Source of the DNA: Myxococcota bacterium
GTDB lineage: Bacteria > Myxococcota_A > UBA9160 > JAFDDA01
Assembly: GCA_965228475.1 (NCBI GenBank)
Contig: OZ245817.1
Coordinates: forward strand, 768,001-832,000
DNA length: 64,000 nucleotides
Reading direction: 5' to 3'
This document shows, in pieces, positions 27,963-37,688 of the stretch. The stretch's first letter is position 1, and every line of letters starts with the position of its first letter. Below the pieces are notes generated by a model. It searched no databases, was not told where the DNA came from, and saw only the letters and a program-made list of their open reading frames with translations. Position numbers and translations under genes: made by a program.

Positions 27963-28721
27963 ATGGCCGGCAACACGAAGACCTTCGTCGTCACGCGTTT
28001 CGATCCGGACAAGGACGAGGTCCCGAAGACCCAGAGCTACGAGGTGCCGTGCGAGGCGGACTGGAAGGTCCTCGACGCCCTCAACTACATCAAGGACGAG
28101 ATCGATCCGTCGCTCTCCCACCGCTGGAGCTGCCGCATGGCGGTCTGCGGAAGCTGCGGGATGAACGTGAACGGCGAGCCCAAGCTCACCTGCAAGTCGC
28201 GGCTGTCGGACTACGGCGACACGGTCGAGGTCGAGCCGCTCTCGAACTTCCCGGTCGTGCGCGATCTCGTGGTCGAGATGGACGGCTTCATGGAGAAGTT
28301 CCAGGACATGAAGCCCTGGATCCTGCGCGCCAAGGAGCTGGCCGTCGAAGAGGGCACGACGCGGCAGTCGCCCGAGGAGCTCTCGCACTTCAAGCAGTTC
28401 AGCATGTGCATCAACTGCATGCTCTGCTACGCGGCCTGTCCGGTCGTCGGCAAGGAGCCGGGCTTCGCCGGCCCCGCCGCCATCGCGCTCGCCCACCGCT
28501 ACAACCTCGACACCCGCGACGAAGGCCAGCCCGAGCGGCTCGAGGCCCTGCGCGAGGGCGAGGTCTACAACTGCTCCTACGCGAACGAGTGCAGCGAGGT
28601 CTGCCCGAAGGGGGTCGACCCCTCGGCGGCGGTCCAGCAGTCGAAGCTCTTCTCGACGCTCGATTGGGTGACCGGCCTCGTGCTTCCGAAACCCGGCTCC
28701 GACGAGAAGGACGAAGCCTAG
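27963..28721 (+). CDS. frdB: Fumarate reductase iron-sulfur subunit
   Basis: CRMAVCGSC, CINCMLCYAACP and CSYANECSEVCP cluster motifs. Confidence 0.95.
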   Translation: MAGNTKTFVVTRFDPDKDEVPKTQSYEVPCEADWKVLDALNYIKDEIDPSLSHRWSCRMAVCGSCGMNVNGEPKLTCKSRLSDYGDTVEVEPLSNFPVVRDLVVEMDGFMEKFQDMKPWILRAKELAVEEGTTRQSPEELSHFKQFSMCINCMLCYAACPVVGKEPGFAGPAAIALAHRYNLDTRDEGQPERLEALREGEVYNCSYANECSEVCPKGVDPSAAVQQSKLFSTLDWVTGLVLPKPGSDEKDEA

Positions 28722-28723
28722 CC

Positions 28724-29170
28724 ATGGCCATTCCCGCACATCCCGACGCGATGAAGCCCCGCGAGCGGGCGCGCACGCGCACCGCCTCGCCCATGATGGC
28801 CGGCAACTGGTGGACGAAGAACCCGCGCTACGTCGCCTACGTCGCGTACGCCTTCGCCGGCGTCTTCTTCTGGCTCCAGGCGATGATCCTGATCCGCGCG
28901 CTCTGGGCCCTCGGAACGGGGGAGGGCGCCTGGAACGCCTTCCTCGACGACCTGCGCAACCCGATCTACATCGGCTTCCACGTCGTCTCGTTCGCGGTGA
29001 TGGTCTGGTACGGCGCGCGCACGTACTTCAAGCTCTTCGTGAAGACCCAGCCGCCCATGATCGGGCCGCTGCCGCGCCCGCCGGTCGCCATCTTCCCGCC
29101 GCTCCTCGCGGCCGTCTGGATCGGCGCCAGCGCCGCGCTGCTGGTCGTCCTCGGAGGAATCTGGCCGTGA
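28724..29170 (+). CDS. frdC: Fumarate reductase membrane anchor C (E. coli type)
   Basis: WW..NPRY and AW.AF...L.NP motifs, 3 TM, operon position. Confidence 0.8.
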   Translation: MAIPAHPDAMKPRERARTRTASPMMAGNWWTKNPRYVAYVAYAFAGVFFWLQAMILIRALWALGTGEGAWNAFLDDLRNPIYIGFHVVSFAVMVWYGARTYFKLFVKTQPPMIGPLPRPPVAIFPPLLAAVWIGASAALLVVLGGIWP

Positions 29171-29550
29171 GCCACTCGCCGCTCAAGCGCTTCATGAACG
29201 CGATCGAGCCCCTGATCTGGGGCCCCTTCGTGACCGGCAACTTCCTGACGCCCCTGGTCTTCCCGGCCATCATCCTGGCCTTCGGGATCGCCTACCCGCT
29301 CGGCTGGATCCCCGCCGAGGCGCTCTCCTACGAGCGCGCCTTCGCCCTGGCGAGCAACCCGCTCGTGGTGATCGGCGTGCTGGTGATCATCCCGCTCGCC
29401 CTGCTCGCCGGCTCGCACCACCTGCGCTTCGGCCTGATCGACATCGGCAGCGCCGAGGCCGACGGCCCCCGGGCCCTGGTGCTCTACGGCCTGTGGCAGC
29501 TCGGAGCCATCGTCACCGCCGCTGCGGTGGTTCGGATCCTGTTCGACTAG
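29167..29550 (+). CDS. frdD: Fumarate reductase membrane anchor D
   Basis: EPLIWG.F, PLG.IP.EALSYER and LYGL motifs like E. coli FrdD; GTGA overlap. Confidence 0.85.
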   Translation: MSHSPLKRFMNAIEPLIWGPFVTGNFLTPLVFPAIILAFGIAYPLGWIPAEALSYERAFALASNPLVVIGVLVIIPLALLAGSHHLRFGLIDIGSAEADGPRALVLYGLWQLGAIVTAAAVVRILFD

Positions 29551-29576
29551 TGCGAACCGCGGGCTAGCCTTCGCTC

Positions 29577-30122
29577 ATGAGTGAAAGCCCCAACCCGCGA
29601 CAACGCCTGATCGTCCTGATCGTGCTCGGCGGTGCCGCCGTGCTCGGCAGCTACCTGCTGACCTTCTCGCGGCCCGACGCCGCCGCGATCCTGTGGGGCG
29701 GCGTCCCCGAGGCCTGGAAGGGCTTCTACACGACGAACATGTTCCTGGCCGCGGCGGGCTTCTTCCCGTTCACGGCGCTCCTGCTGTCCGCCGACCCGGC
29801 CCGCTTCGCGTTCGCCGGCGGCCGCAGCCACGCGACGCTCTTCTGGTGCTACTTCCTCGTGCTGATCCCGTCGGCGCTCTGGCTCCCGCTCACCTACGCC
29901 TTCGCCGACTCCGGCGGCACCATGGCCCTCTGGTGGGCCGTCCGCATCGACCTCGCCCTCGTCGCCATCGGCTCCCTCGGCATCCTCGTTGCTGCCCTCA
30001 CGCTCCGCCCGGCCCCCAACCGCCTCCTCCAGGTCGTAGCCGTCGTAGGCGCCATCTCCTTCAACGTCCAAACCGTCCTCCTAGACGCCCTCATCTGGCC
30101 CGCCTACTACCCGCTCCCTTGA
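29577..30122 (+). CDS. Hypothetical membrane protein
   Basis: About 5 hydrophobic helices; TAGCCT 6 nt before ATG. Confidence 0.7.
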   Translation: MSESPNPRQRLIVLIVLGGAAVLGSYLLTFSRPDAAAILWGGVPEAWKGFYTTNMFLAAAGFFPFTALLLSADPARFAFAGGRSHATLFWCYFLVLIPSALWLPLTYAFADSGGTMALWWAVRIDLALVAIGSLGILVAALTLRPAPNRLLQVVAVVGAISFNVQTVLLDALIWPAYYPLP

Positions 30123-30281
30123 ACCCCAGGACGGGGTGCGGTTCGGGTCGCCTCAACTCGCGGGGCGGGCCGGGGAAGGCTTCAGCGAAGTAAAGCGCAG
30201 CCCGCACTCGGATCTTCAATGGGTTCCGGTGGTCGCCAGGGCGAGCCATGAGCGGAAGCCTTCCCCGGCCTGCCCCGCGCG

Positions 30282-30713
30282 CTACGAGAAGTGAGACGCG
30301 TCGAATCCCGCAAGCCGCTCGACGAACCACCGCGGCGCCTGCCCCATGAACGCATTCAAATCCCAGTAGTCCCGCCAAAGCGAAACCTTCCCCCCAACCA
30401 CCTCATGCACCGTCACGAAGTGATTCGTGATCTTCTCCCCCGTCTCGAAGTGCCAAGTCTCCGTATGCTCGACCAGCACCTGCCCCGCCTCGGCCACCGT
30501 GCGATGGATGTCGTGCTCGAAGCGCACCACCGGATCGAGTCCGATGCGCAGCCGCTTCACCACGTTTTCCGGGCCCCGGGCACCCGCGTCCGGCGCCGGG
30601 ACGTCCTCGTAGAAGGCGTCGTCCGAGAGCCGCGCCTTCAGCCCATCCCAATCCTTGCGGTAGAGGCAGGCCCAGAGTTCCGCTACCACGCGCTTGTCGT
30701 CTTCGATGGCCAT
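30282..30713 (-). CDS. NTF2/SnoaL-like protein (limonene-1,2-epoxide hydrolase family)
   Basis: DAFYEDVP, VLVEHTETW and WRDYWD motifs. Confidence 0.82.
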   Translation of the reverse strand: MAIEDDKRVVAELWACLYRKDWDGLKARLSDDAFYEDVPAPDAGARGPENVVKRLRIGLDPVVRFEHDIHRTVAEAGQVLVEHTETWHFETGEKITNHFVTVHEVVGGKVSLWRDYWDLNAFMGQAPRWFVERLAGFDASHFS

Positions 30714-30752
30714 GGCGTCCATGATACGCTCGGGTCTCGCCTCGGAGGACCC

Positions 30753-31133
30753 ATGACGCGCCCCTTCCTCGGTTTCTTCGGCCTGATGTTCGTGGTCTAT
30801 GGGATCTACTGCTTCTTCTCCCCGGGCGCGCTCGCGGAGATCGCCGGCATCGCTTCGGCGACGCCCACCGGCAGTACGGAGCTGCGGGCCATGTACGGCG
30901 GCCTCCAGGCCGGCGCCGGCGCCCTGCTGCTCGCCGGTTTCCTCCGCGCCGATCTCGCGCGGCCCGCGCTGCTCGCCCTCGGCTTCCTCGGCATCGGTCT
31001 CTTCTCCGGCCGGCTGCTCGGCGCGGTGCTCGACGACGGCTGGTCGGCCTACACCGGCATGGCCTTCGCGCTCGAGTTCGCGATGTTCGCCGGCTCCTTC
31101 GCGCTGCTTCGCGGCGTGGAATCCGAGGGCTGA
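30753..31133 (+). CDS. DUF4345-like membrane protein
   Basis: ELRAMYGG motif, GR..G...DG, 4 TM; GGAGG RBS. Confidence 0.75.
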   Translation: MTRPFLGFFGLMFVVYGIYCFFSPGALAEIAGIASATPTGSTELRAMYGGLQAGAGALLLAGFLRADLARPALLALGFLGIGLFSGRLLGAVLDDGWSAYTGMAFALEFAMFAGSFALLRGVESEG

Positions 31134-31726
31134 TGGCCGCCACGCTCGAGTTCTGGTTCGAATTCGCCAGCACGTACTCGTACCCGGCGGCGATGCGCGT
31201 GGAAGCGGCCGCCCGCGATCGCGGCGTCCCCCTGGCCTGGCGGCCCTTCCTGCTCGGGCCGATCTTCAAGGCCCAGGGTTGGAACGATTCCCCCTTCAAC
31301 CTCTACCCGGCCAAGGGCCGCTACATGTGGCGGGACCTCGAGCGGGTCTGCGAGGCGCAGGGTCTGCCCCTGCGTCGGCCCTCGGACTTTCCGCGCAACG
31401 GCCTCCACGCCGCACGCGTCGCCCATCGGCACCAGGACGAAGCCTGGCTCCCGGGTTTCGTCCGCGCCGTCTACCGGGCGAACTTCGCCGAAGACCGGGA
31501 CCCGGCCGATCCGGCCGTTCTCGCCGCGATCCTCTCGGACCTCGGACAGCCCGCGGAGGCGGTGCTGGCCGCCGCCGCCGAGCCCGCGGCGAAGGCGGGG
31601 CTCCGGGAACAGACGGAGCGGGCGGCCGAGGCGGGGCTGTTCGGCGCTCCGAGCTTCCGGGTCGACGGGGAGCTCTTCTGGGGAAACGACCGTTTGGAGA
31701 TGGCGCTCGAGCGCGCCGCGGCATGA
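31133..31726 (+). CDS. 2-hydroxychromene-2-carboxylate isomerase / kappa-GST (DsbA family)
   Basis: FEFASTYSY, GLFGAPSF and FWGNDRL motifs. Confidence 0.9.
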   Translation: MAATLEFWFEFASTYSYPAAMRVEAAARDRGVPLAWRPFLLGPIFKAQGWNDSPFNLYPAKGRYMWRDLERVCEAQGLPLRRPSDFPRNGLHAARVAHRHQDEAWLPGFVRAVYRANFAEDRDPADPAVLAAILSDLGQPAEAVLAAAAEPAAKAGLREQTERAAEAGLFGAPSFRVDGELFWGNDRLEMALERAAA

Positions 31727-31766
31727 ACACGAGACACGGGCTCTACACACGGACAAGGAGATCGAG

Positions 31767-32147
31767 ATGGCTTTCTTGATGGACCGCTTCGCCCCCCAGA
31801 CCTATGCGGCCCTGCGCATCGTGACGGGTCTGCTCTTCCTGTGGCACGGCACGCAGAAGCTCTTCGGCTTCCCCGCGGCCGCCCACGAAGGGACGCCGGC
31901 CTTCGTCACCTACGTGGCGGGCGGCATCGAGCTCGTCGGCGGCGCGCTCGTGATGATCGGCCTGCAGACCAAGCCGGCGGCCTTCCTGTGCAGCGGGCTC
32001 ATGGCCGCGGCCTACTGGATGGCCCACGGCACGAAGGCCCTCTTCCCGATCAACAACGGGGGCGAGCTGGCCGCGCTCTACTGCTTCGTCTTCCTGTTCA
32101 TCGCCTCCCGCGGTGCCGGGATCTGGAGCGTCGACGGCGAGGGCTGA
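31767..32147 (+). CDS. DoxX family membrane protein
   Basis: LRIVTG.LF..HG.QKL, NGGELA motifs; AAGGAG RBS. Confidence 0.9.
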   Translation: MAFLMDRFAPQTYAALRIVTGLLFLWHGTQKLFGFPAAAHEGTPAFVTYVAGGIELVGGALVMIGLQTKPAAFLCSGLMAAAYWMAHGTKALFPINNGGELAALYCFVFLFIASRGAGIWSVDGEG

Positions 32148-32204
32148 GCCCGGCCGGAAGACCCGGGCTTCAGTCGGGAGGGGAACACGCCGATCCCCCT
32201 CCCG

Positions 32205-32669
32205 ATGAAGCTCGAAGAATTCGAGATGCGCGAGCGGCTCGCGGCCGAGGACCTGGCGTGGCACCCGGTGTGGGCACCGTTCCGCGCCGGAGACCGGGCC
32301 CGGGTGCTCGGTTGGGGCGTCGCCCCCGAGCGGCTCGATGCCGAGCTCGAGCGCTACGCCTACTGCGGGCCCGACCCGCTCTTCCCGGTCCTCGAGTCCG
32401 AGGCCATGCCGGGCCGGGCGGATCTCGTCGTGGCCGGGAGTCTCCAATTCTCGGGGGGCGCGGTGCTTTCCTCGGCCTACCGGATCGCGCCGCACGTGGT
32501 CGGACTCTTCGTGAAGGGGCGCGAGTGGGTTTTCAACCGGTTCCTGCCGGAGCGCGCCGAGCGCGCCGGGCGTGAGCTGGCCGCAGCGCTCGGCCTCCCG
32601 ACCGATGCGATCTTCCCGATGCACTTCCGCGGGCGCCTGCCCGGCTTCGACGCCCGCTTCGAGCGCTAG
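32205..32669 (+). CDS. Hypothetical protein
   Basis: ORF fills gap between genes with plausible codon usage; no recognised motif. Confidence 0.55.
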   Translation: MKLEEFEMRERLAAEDLAWHPVWAPFRAGDRARVLGWGVAPERLDAELERYAYCGPDPLFPVLESEAMPGRADLVVAGSLQFSGGAVLSSAYRIAPHVVGLFVKGREWVFNRFLPERAERAGRELAAALGLPTDAIFPMHFRGRLPGFDARFER

Positions 32670-32682
32670 CCAGCGCCGCCCG

Positions 32683-33210
32683 CTAGCGCGGGCTCCAGCC
32701 CGTGGCGTGGGGTGCCATGAAGACCACGCCGAGCTTCATGCGGGTGTGGAGCCACCGGCCGTCTTCCCGGCGGTAGGTGTCGTCTTCGGTCCCGGCCATC
32801 CAATGCGGGGCGCCGTCGGGCGTCGTGCAGGGCGAGAGGATGTCCCAGCGCGCTTCCGCGTGGTCGCCCTCGATGCGGAGCTCGGGCTTCAGGAAGTAGT
32901 GCCAGGAGAAGAGCAGCGTCGGGTCGAGGAAGCGCTCGCGGATGGCCGCGCGGCCGCGGCAGGTGCCGAGGCTGCGGCCGCCGTCCCAGACCGCGTCCTC
33001 GGTGAAGAGTGCCGCGATCTCTCCGGCGAGGCGTTCGAGCTCCGGGGCGTCGACCACGCCGCCGCCGCGGCGGTAGCGGGCGTCGACGAGCCGCGCGTAG
33101 CGGGCCTTCAGGTTGCGGATGTCCTCCGCAGCCTCGAGCGCTGCGATGCGCCGCTCGAGCGCATCGAGCGCCGTGCGTTCGAGGCCTTCGGGTTCGGACG
33201 GGTCCGGCAT
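32683..33210 (-). CDS. NTF2-like SnoaL_4 (BaiE/LinA-like) protein
   Basis: LEAAEDIRNLKARY, LFTEDAVWD, GRAAI and YRREDGRW motifs. Confidence 0.85.
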   Translation of the reverse strand: MPDPSEPEGLERTALDALERRIAALEAAEDIRNLKARYARLVDARYRRGGGVVDAPELERLAGEIAALFTEDAVWDGGRSLGTCRGRAAIRERFLDPTLLFSWHYFLKPELRIEGDHAEARWDILSPCTTPDGAPHWMAGTEDDTYRREDGRWLHTRMKLGVVFMAPHATGWSPR

Positions 33211-33245
33211 TTCGCGCCGCAGTATACCGTTGCTAGGGTGGCGCG

Positions 33246-33689
33246 ATGAGCCGACGAAGAACCCCGACCCGCTGGGCCGCGCTCGCGGCGCTGGTGCTCG
33301 CCGCTGCCTACGGCCTCCTGGACGTCCCGCTCTCGGAGCTCACCGGCGGCTCGAGCGGGGCGCAGGCCGTGGCGGCGCTGTACGAGACGCGCACCTCGGG
33401 CGAGATGGTCGAGGTGGAAGGCACCGTCGAGAAGCGCCTCTCCGACGATCTGAAAGGCTCGCGCCATCAGCGGTTCATCCTCCGCCTGGCTCCCGGGATG
33501 ACCGTACTCGTCAGCCACAACATCGACCTCGCGCCGCGCATCGACGCCCTGCGAGACGGCGACCGCGTCTTCCTCCGCGGGCAGTACGAGTGGAACGAGA
33601 AGGGTGGCGTGATCCACTGGACCCACCACGACCCGGACGGCCGGCGCACCGGCGGCTACATCGAGCACGAGGGCCGGGCGTACCGCTAG
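33246..33689 (+). CDS. DUF3465 family protein
   Basis: GSRHQRF, HNIDLAPR and GGVIHWTHHDP motifs. Confidence 0.85.
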   Translation: MSRRRTPTRWAALAALVLAAAYGLLDVPLSELTGGSSGAQAVAALYETRTSGEMVEVEGTVEKRLSDDLKGSRHQRFILRLAPGMTVLVSHNIDLAPRIDALRDGDRVFLRGQYEWNEKGGVIHWTHHDPDGRRTGGYIEHEGRAYR

Positions 33690-33787
33690 GCGCGGCTCAC
33701 GCGCATGCAACGCGCACGCAACCTCCGTGGAACCGCCGAGGGCGGGCACCCTCAAGTGGCCTCGGCGGCAGGCCGATCGAGCTAGCG

Positions 33788-34375
33788 ATGAGCGAGTCCG
33801 TCAAAGGAATCTTCCTGGCCGGCGCCGTCTCGACGGTGCGCAAGGCCATCCGCGAGGGCCGCGCCCTGCGGGAGCAGGTCGAGGCGCGCCTCGACGGCCC
33901 GGACCTGCCGTTCCTCGAAGAGAAGGTCGACCCGACGCTCTGGTACCCGGTCACGACCCTCGGCCACTACCTCGACGTGCTCGCCGATCTCGAAGGCGGC
34001 GACCCGAGGCAGGCCTTGATCAACATCGGACGGCGCGCGGCGGACATGGCCGCGCGGACGGGCCGCTATCAGCAGCTCTCGCGGGAGCGGACCATCGGCG
34101 AGAGCCCGAGCGACGTGCTCCGCTACGGACGCCTCGTCACCAGCGTGATCACCGCCTTCTACGACTTCAGCCGGATGAGCTTCGGCCCCCACCCGACGGA
34201 GCCGAACACGTTTCAGATCCAGTGGCTCGACGTCGCGGACCTGCCGGAATCGAACCGCTTCTGCGCGGAGGGGTTCATCGACCGGGTGGCGCACCACGCT
34301 TCCGAGAGCCGCTTCGAGGTGACGAGCGCCCGCCCGTCGCCCGACCACATCCAGTTCTCGATCCGGGCCTACTGA
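33788..34375 (+). CDS. Hypothetical protein (myxobacterial-type VKG...WYP family)
   Basis: N-terminal VKG, WYP motif, GR.AA segment. Confidence 0.6.
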   Translation: MSESVKGIFLAGAVSTVRKAIREGRALREQVEARLDGPDLPFLEEKVDPTLWYPVTTLGHYLDVLADLEGGDPRQALINIGRRAADMAARTGRYQQLSRERTIGESPSDVLRYGRLVTSVITAFYDFSRMSFGPHPTEPNTFQIQWLDVADLPESNRFCAEGFIDRVAHHASESRFEVTSARPSPDHIQFSIRAY

Positions 34376-34398
34376 GGCCTCCGGGCCTGCGAACGGCG

Positions 34399-34441
34399 AG
34401 AGGCCTCCGGCCGCACCCGGGTGCGGCACGAAGGCCTCTCT
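34399..34441. terminator. Long imperfect hairpin between convergent genes
   Basis: agaggcct..gccgcacc-cg-ggtgcggc..aggcctct. Confidence 0.45.
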
Positions 34442-34457
34442 CTTCGCAGGTCGCGCG

Positions 34458-34799
34458 CTAGTGCCTGCGGTCCCAGCGGCGGTCGAAGCGCGCACCCTTG
34501 CGGTCGAGCCGCCGGTCGATGCGCTCCCCCTTGCGATCGAGCCGCCGGTCGATGCGATCTCCCTTGCGGTCGAGCCGCTCCGAGAGGCGGGGCTTGCCCG
34601 CTTCGGCGGCACGGTTCGAAGCGCGGTCGAGACGCCGATCGATGCGGTCGCCCTTGCGGTCGAGGCGCCGTTCGATGCGATCGCCCTTGTTGTCGAGGCG
34701 CCGCTCGACGCGGTCGCCGAAGTCGTCGGCGCGGGCCGTGCCCGTGGCGAGCACCAGGCCACCGGCGAGAGCGAAGAGAAAAGCGAAGCTACGGGTCAT
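34458..34799 (-). CDS. Secreted protein with 11-residue GDRIDRRLDRK repeats
   Basis: GGAGG RBS; signal ending ARA; about 6 repeat units. Confidence 0.8.
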   Translation of the reverse strand: MTRSFAFLFALAGGLVLATGTARADDFGDRVERRLDNKGDRIERRLDRKGDRIDRRLDRASNRAAEAGKPRLSERLDRKGDRIDRRLDRKGERIDRRLDRKGARFDRRWDRRH

Positions 34800-34929
34800 G
34801 AGGTCGTCCTCCAGGGTCGGATGGCTCGAGGCTCCCTGCCCCGATGAAGGACGAAACCCGGCGCGGCCGGTTTGGTTGCGCGGGCCCGGCGACGGCCGGC
34901 AAACCGCCGGCAACTCCCTTTGGAACCGC

Positions 34930-36420
34930 CTACTTCGCGGCCCGGTACGGCTTCGAGATGGCGACCTTCACGAGCTGACCGGCCTCGAGGGCGTCCGTGG
35001 CGAACAGGTCGTTCATGACGGCCGTGTGCTGGAGGGGCCAGGCGTTCCCCGTGCGGTCCGAGAGCTCCGGGAGCGATTCCCCGGCCCGGGCCTCGACCAC
35101 CTGGAGGCGGTTCTCCCGGATGCTGCCCGCCAGCTCCCGCGAGAGGGGGCGGAAGCTCCGGGCGGTGCTGACGAAGATGGCTTCGTTGCGCTCGTGGTTC
35201 TCGCGCGAGACGCCCGTGAGGCGGTAGCGGTGCCCGCGGCTCGCGATGAAGGTCACGACGAGCCGCACGCCGGCGAACCGGTTGCTGGCGCGGCCGTGCA
35301 TCCGCAGCGCTTCGAAGCCGCCCACCTTGATCGGCTGCGGGTTCTCGAAGCGGACGCCCAGCGCCTCGGTCTCCTTGCGGAACTCGTCGACGGCCTCCAT
35401 GAGGTCCGAGCCCTGGCCCGCGTGTTCGAGGATCACCTGGGCGCGCCGGTCCGGGGAGACGGCCCCGACCGCCGTGTGGGTGTTCGCGGTCTCCCAGTTG
35501 TCCGGGAAGCGAAGGGTGAAGCCCAGGTCCGCGTGCAGGAAGCGTCCGCCCTGGAAGACGCCCTCGGCGCCGCTCACGCCGACGACGAGGCCTTCGATGC
35601 GGCGCAGGAAGTCTTCGCGGCTCTTCGCGACGCCCGGCTTCGGCTTCCAGGCGATGCCCCGCGCGCGCTGGGACGCGTCCGCCGCGCGGCGGCCCGCGGC
35701 GGGGTGGGTGTCGAGGAAGGAGGGCCAGCGAGACGCCCCGAGCCGCAGTCGCTCGGTGAACTCGAGCCCGCGCAGGAAGGTGGCCATGCCCTCCGGGTCG
35801 TAGCCCGCGAGGGCGGCGATGCCCTGGCCGAGGCGGTCGGCTTCGCGCTCCTGGGATCGGCTGTAGCCGGCGAGGCTCCCGCGCGAGAGGAAGCGCACGA
35901 TGCCCGGCATGGCCTGGGTCACCTGGAGGCGCGCCGCGGCGTGGCGCGCGGCGACGTGGGCGATCTCGTGCCCGATCACGTTCGCGAGCTCGTCCTCGGA
36001 GTTCGCGAGGGCGAGCAGACCGCGAGAGACGTAGATGAATCCGCCGGGCAGCGCGAACGCGTTGGGCAGATCCTGATCGACGATGCGGAAGCGGTAGTCG
36101 AAGCGGTGGCGCGGCGCGTGGCGCGCGAGCCGCTTGCCGATCGCGCTCACGTAGGCGACGAGCGGCCTGTTCTCGACGAGCCCCATGGCCGCCCCGACCT
36201 TCTCCGATTCCTCCTCGCCGACGCGGCGATCGTCGTAGACGGTGTCGAGGACGACCTCGCGCTTCTCCTCTTCCTCCTCGGCGTCGGGCTCGGCGGCTTC
36301 TTCCCGCGACCCCTCGGCCTTCTCGTCCTCGGCGGTCCCCAGGGCGACGGGCAAGGCCATCAGGGCCAGTGCGAGGAGAGCGAAGGCGAGGGGGCCGGTT
36401 CGGGAGGGGCGGTGCATCAC
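34930..36420 (-). CDS. M48 family metalloprotease with C-terminal LysM-like domain
   Basis: PNAFALPGG, GHEIAH, SRSQEREAD, FLDTHP; signal peptide. Confidence 0.9.
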   Translation of the reverse strand: MMHRPSRTGPLAFALLALALMALPVALGTAEDEKAEGSREEAAEPDAEEEEEKREVVLDTVYDDRRVGEEESEKVGAAMGLVENRPLVAYVSAIGKRLARHAPRHRFDYRFRIVDQDLPNAFALPGGFIYVSRGLLALANSEDELANVIGHEIAHVAARHAAARLQVTQAMPGIVRFLSRGSLAGYSRSQEREADRLGQGIAALAGYDPEGMATFLRGLEFTERLRLGASRWPSFLDTHPAAGRRAADASQRARGIAWKPKPGVAKSREDFLRRIEGLVVGVSGAEGVFQGGRFLHADLGFTLRFPDNWETANTHTAVGAVSPDRRAQVILEHAGQGSDLMEAVDEFRKETEALGVRFENPQPIKVGGFEALRMHGRASNRFAGVRLVVTFIASRGHRYRLTGVSRENHERNEAIFVSTARSFRPLSRELAGSIRENRLQVVEARAGESLPELSDRTGNAWPLQHTAVMNDLFATDALEAGQLVKVAISKPYRAAK

Positions 36421-37688
36421 TCCGCGCCCTCTGCAGCGAGGCGCTCGAAGGCGTCCTCGGTGATGCGGATGCCCGCTTCGTCGAAGGCCTCGCGGACGGC
36501 CGGCGTCACCGTTCCCGAGACGAGCAGTTGGGCCTGGCCCGAGGTGCTCACCGTCCCGGCGATCCGGTCCCGCAGGGCCCGCGACGCCGGCGACCAGGTC
36601 ACGCGGTCCGCCACGAGCGGAACGACGAGGCCGCCTTCGTGGGTCCGCCCGACGACGAAGGTCCCCTGGCTCGAGAGCCGAGCCAGCCCCTCACGGTTCT
36701 CGTGAAAGCGCCGCAAGAGCTCCGCGCTCCGTTGGAAGCGCCAGGCCTCGGTCTCGCTCTTCGCCTGGGCCGCCGCGTCCACGAACGCGGCGCGCCCCTC
36801 GGTCAGGTCGAGGGCGACGAGGGATTCGACGAGCACGGTCGCGTGACGCGGCGAGTACCAGGCGTGGCTCAGGAAGGCGTCCGCGCGTTCGCCCCCGACG
36901 CCCATGACCGCGAGCTCGATGCGGTTCAGGCGCCGCAGGTCTTCGGGGGAGTAGTGGCGCAGGATCTCGCGCAGCCGGTCCGTGCTGCCCACGGCGCCGG
37001 ACGCCTCGCCCTCCTCCTCGCCCTGGAACGGCACGATCGCGAAAGGCAGACCCCCGAGGTAGGACGCCCAGGCGAAACGGTTCAGCTGCTTCTGGAGCAG
37101 GGGGTTCGAGGAGTACGGATCGACGCCGAGTTCGTAGGCGAGCTCCCGCTTCTTGCTCTCGAAGCCGATGAACTCGCGCAGGCCGGAGTCTTCCAGTTCG
37201 CTGCGCTCGCGCCGGGCGAGGCGTGCCGTCTTCTCGAGCGTCTCCCATGCGGCCTGGGGGACGCCGAGGATGGAATCGACCGGGTCGCGCAGCAGGTTCC
37301 AGGCGGCGACGAAGGGGCTCTTCAACCCCGCGGCCAGGGCGTTCGCGAACTCGTCGCGCTTCTGCATGCGGTCGAGCTGTCCGAGCGCGGCGATCTCGGC
37401 GACGCGGGTGCGCAGGCGGGCGTCGCCGTGGGCTTCGAGCACGCCGAAGTCGGAGTCGATCGTGTAGTGGTGGAGGAACTCGCGGAGGCCGACCTCCTCG
37501 CGCACCCGGTGGTGCGGGCCCACGCGCAGGGCGTCGGGCAGCAGGGCTTCGGCGCGCGCCGGCGGGAGGGCCTCGAAGGACGCCTCGTCGGGCGCCGCCT
37601 CCGCCCCGGGCATCGCGCCTCCGCAACCCAGCAACGCCAGCGCGAGCACCGCGAGCGCGAAACCGAAAGCACGTCCCGTCCGGGCCAC
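36417..37688 (-). CDS. Hypothetical lipoprotein
   Basis: GTG start with GGAGGAG; lipobox-like LLGC; LGVDPYS motif; coupled to M48 gene. Confidence 0.7.
   Translation of the reverse strand: MARTGRAFGFALAVLALALLGCGGAMPGAEAAPDEASFEALPPARAEALLPDALRVGPHHRVREEVGLREFLHHYTIDSDFGVLEAHGDARLRTRVAEIAALGQLDRMQKRDEFANALAAGLKSPFVAAWNLLRDPVDSILGVPQAAWETLEKTARLARRERSELEDSGLREFIGFESKKRELAYELGVDPYSSNPLLQKQLNRFAWASYLGGLPFAIVPFQGEEEGEASGAVGSTDRLREILRHYSPEDLRRLNRIELAVMGVGGERADAFLSHAWYSPRHATVLVESLVALDLTEGRAAFVDAAAQAKSETEAWRFQRSAELLRRFHENREGLARLSSQGTFVVGRTHEGGLVVPLVADRVTWSPASRALRDRIAGTVSTSGQAQLLVSGTVTPAVREAFDEAGIRITEDAFERLAAEGAE

Noticed and set aside
34470..34720. Periodic repeats as a possible CRISPR array
   Set aside because: 33-bp coding repeats with no unique spacers and no cas genes.
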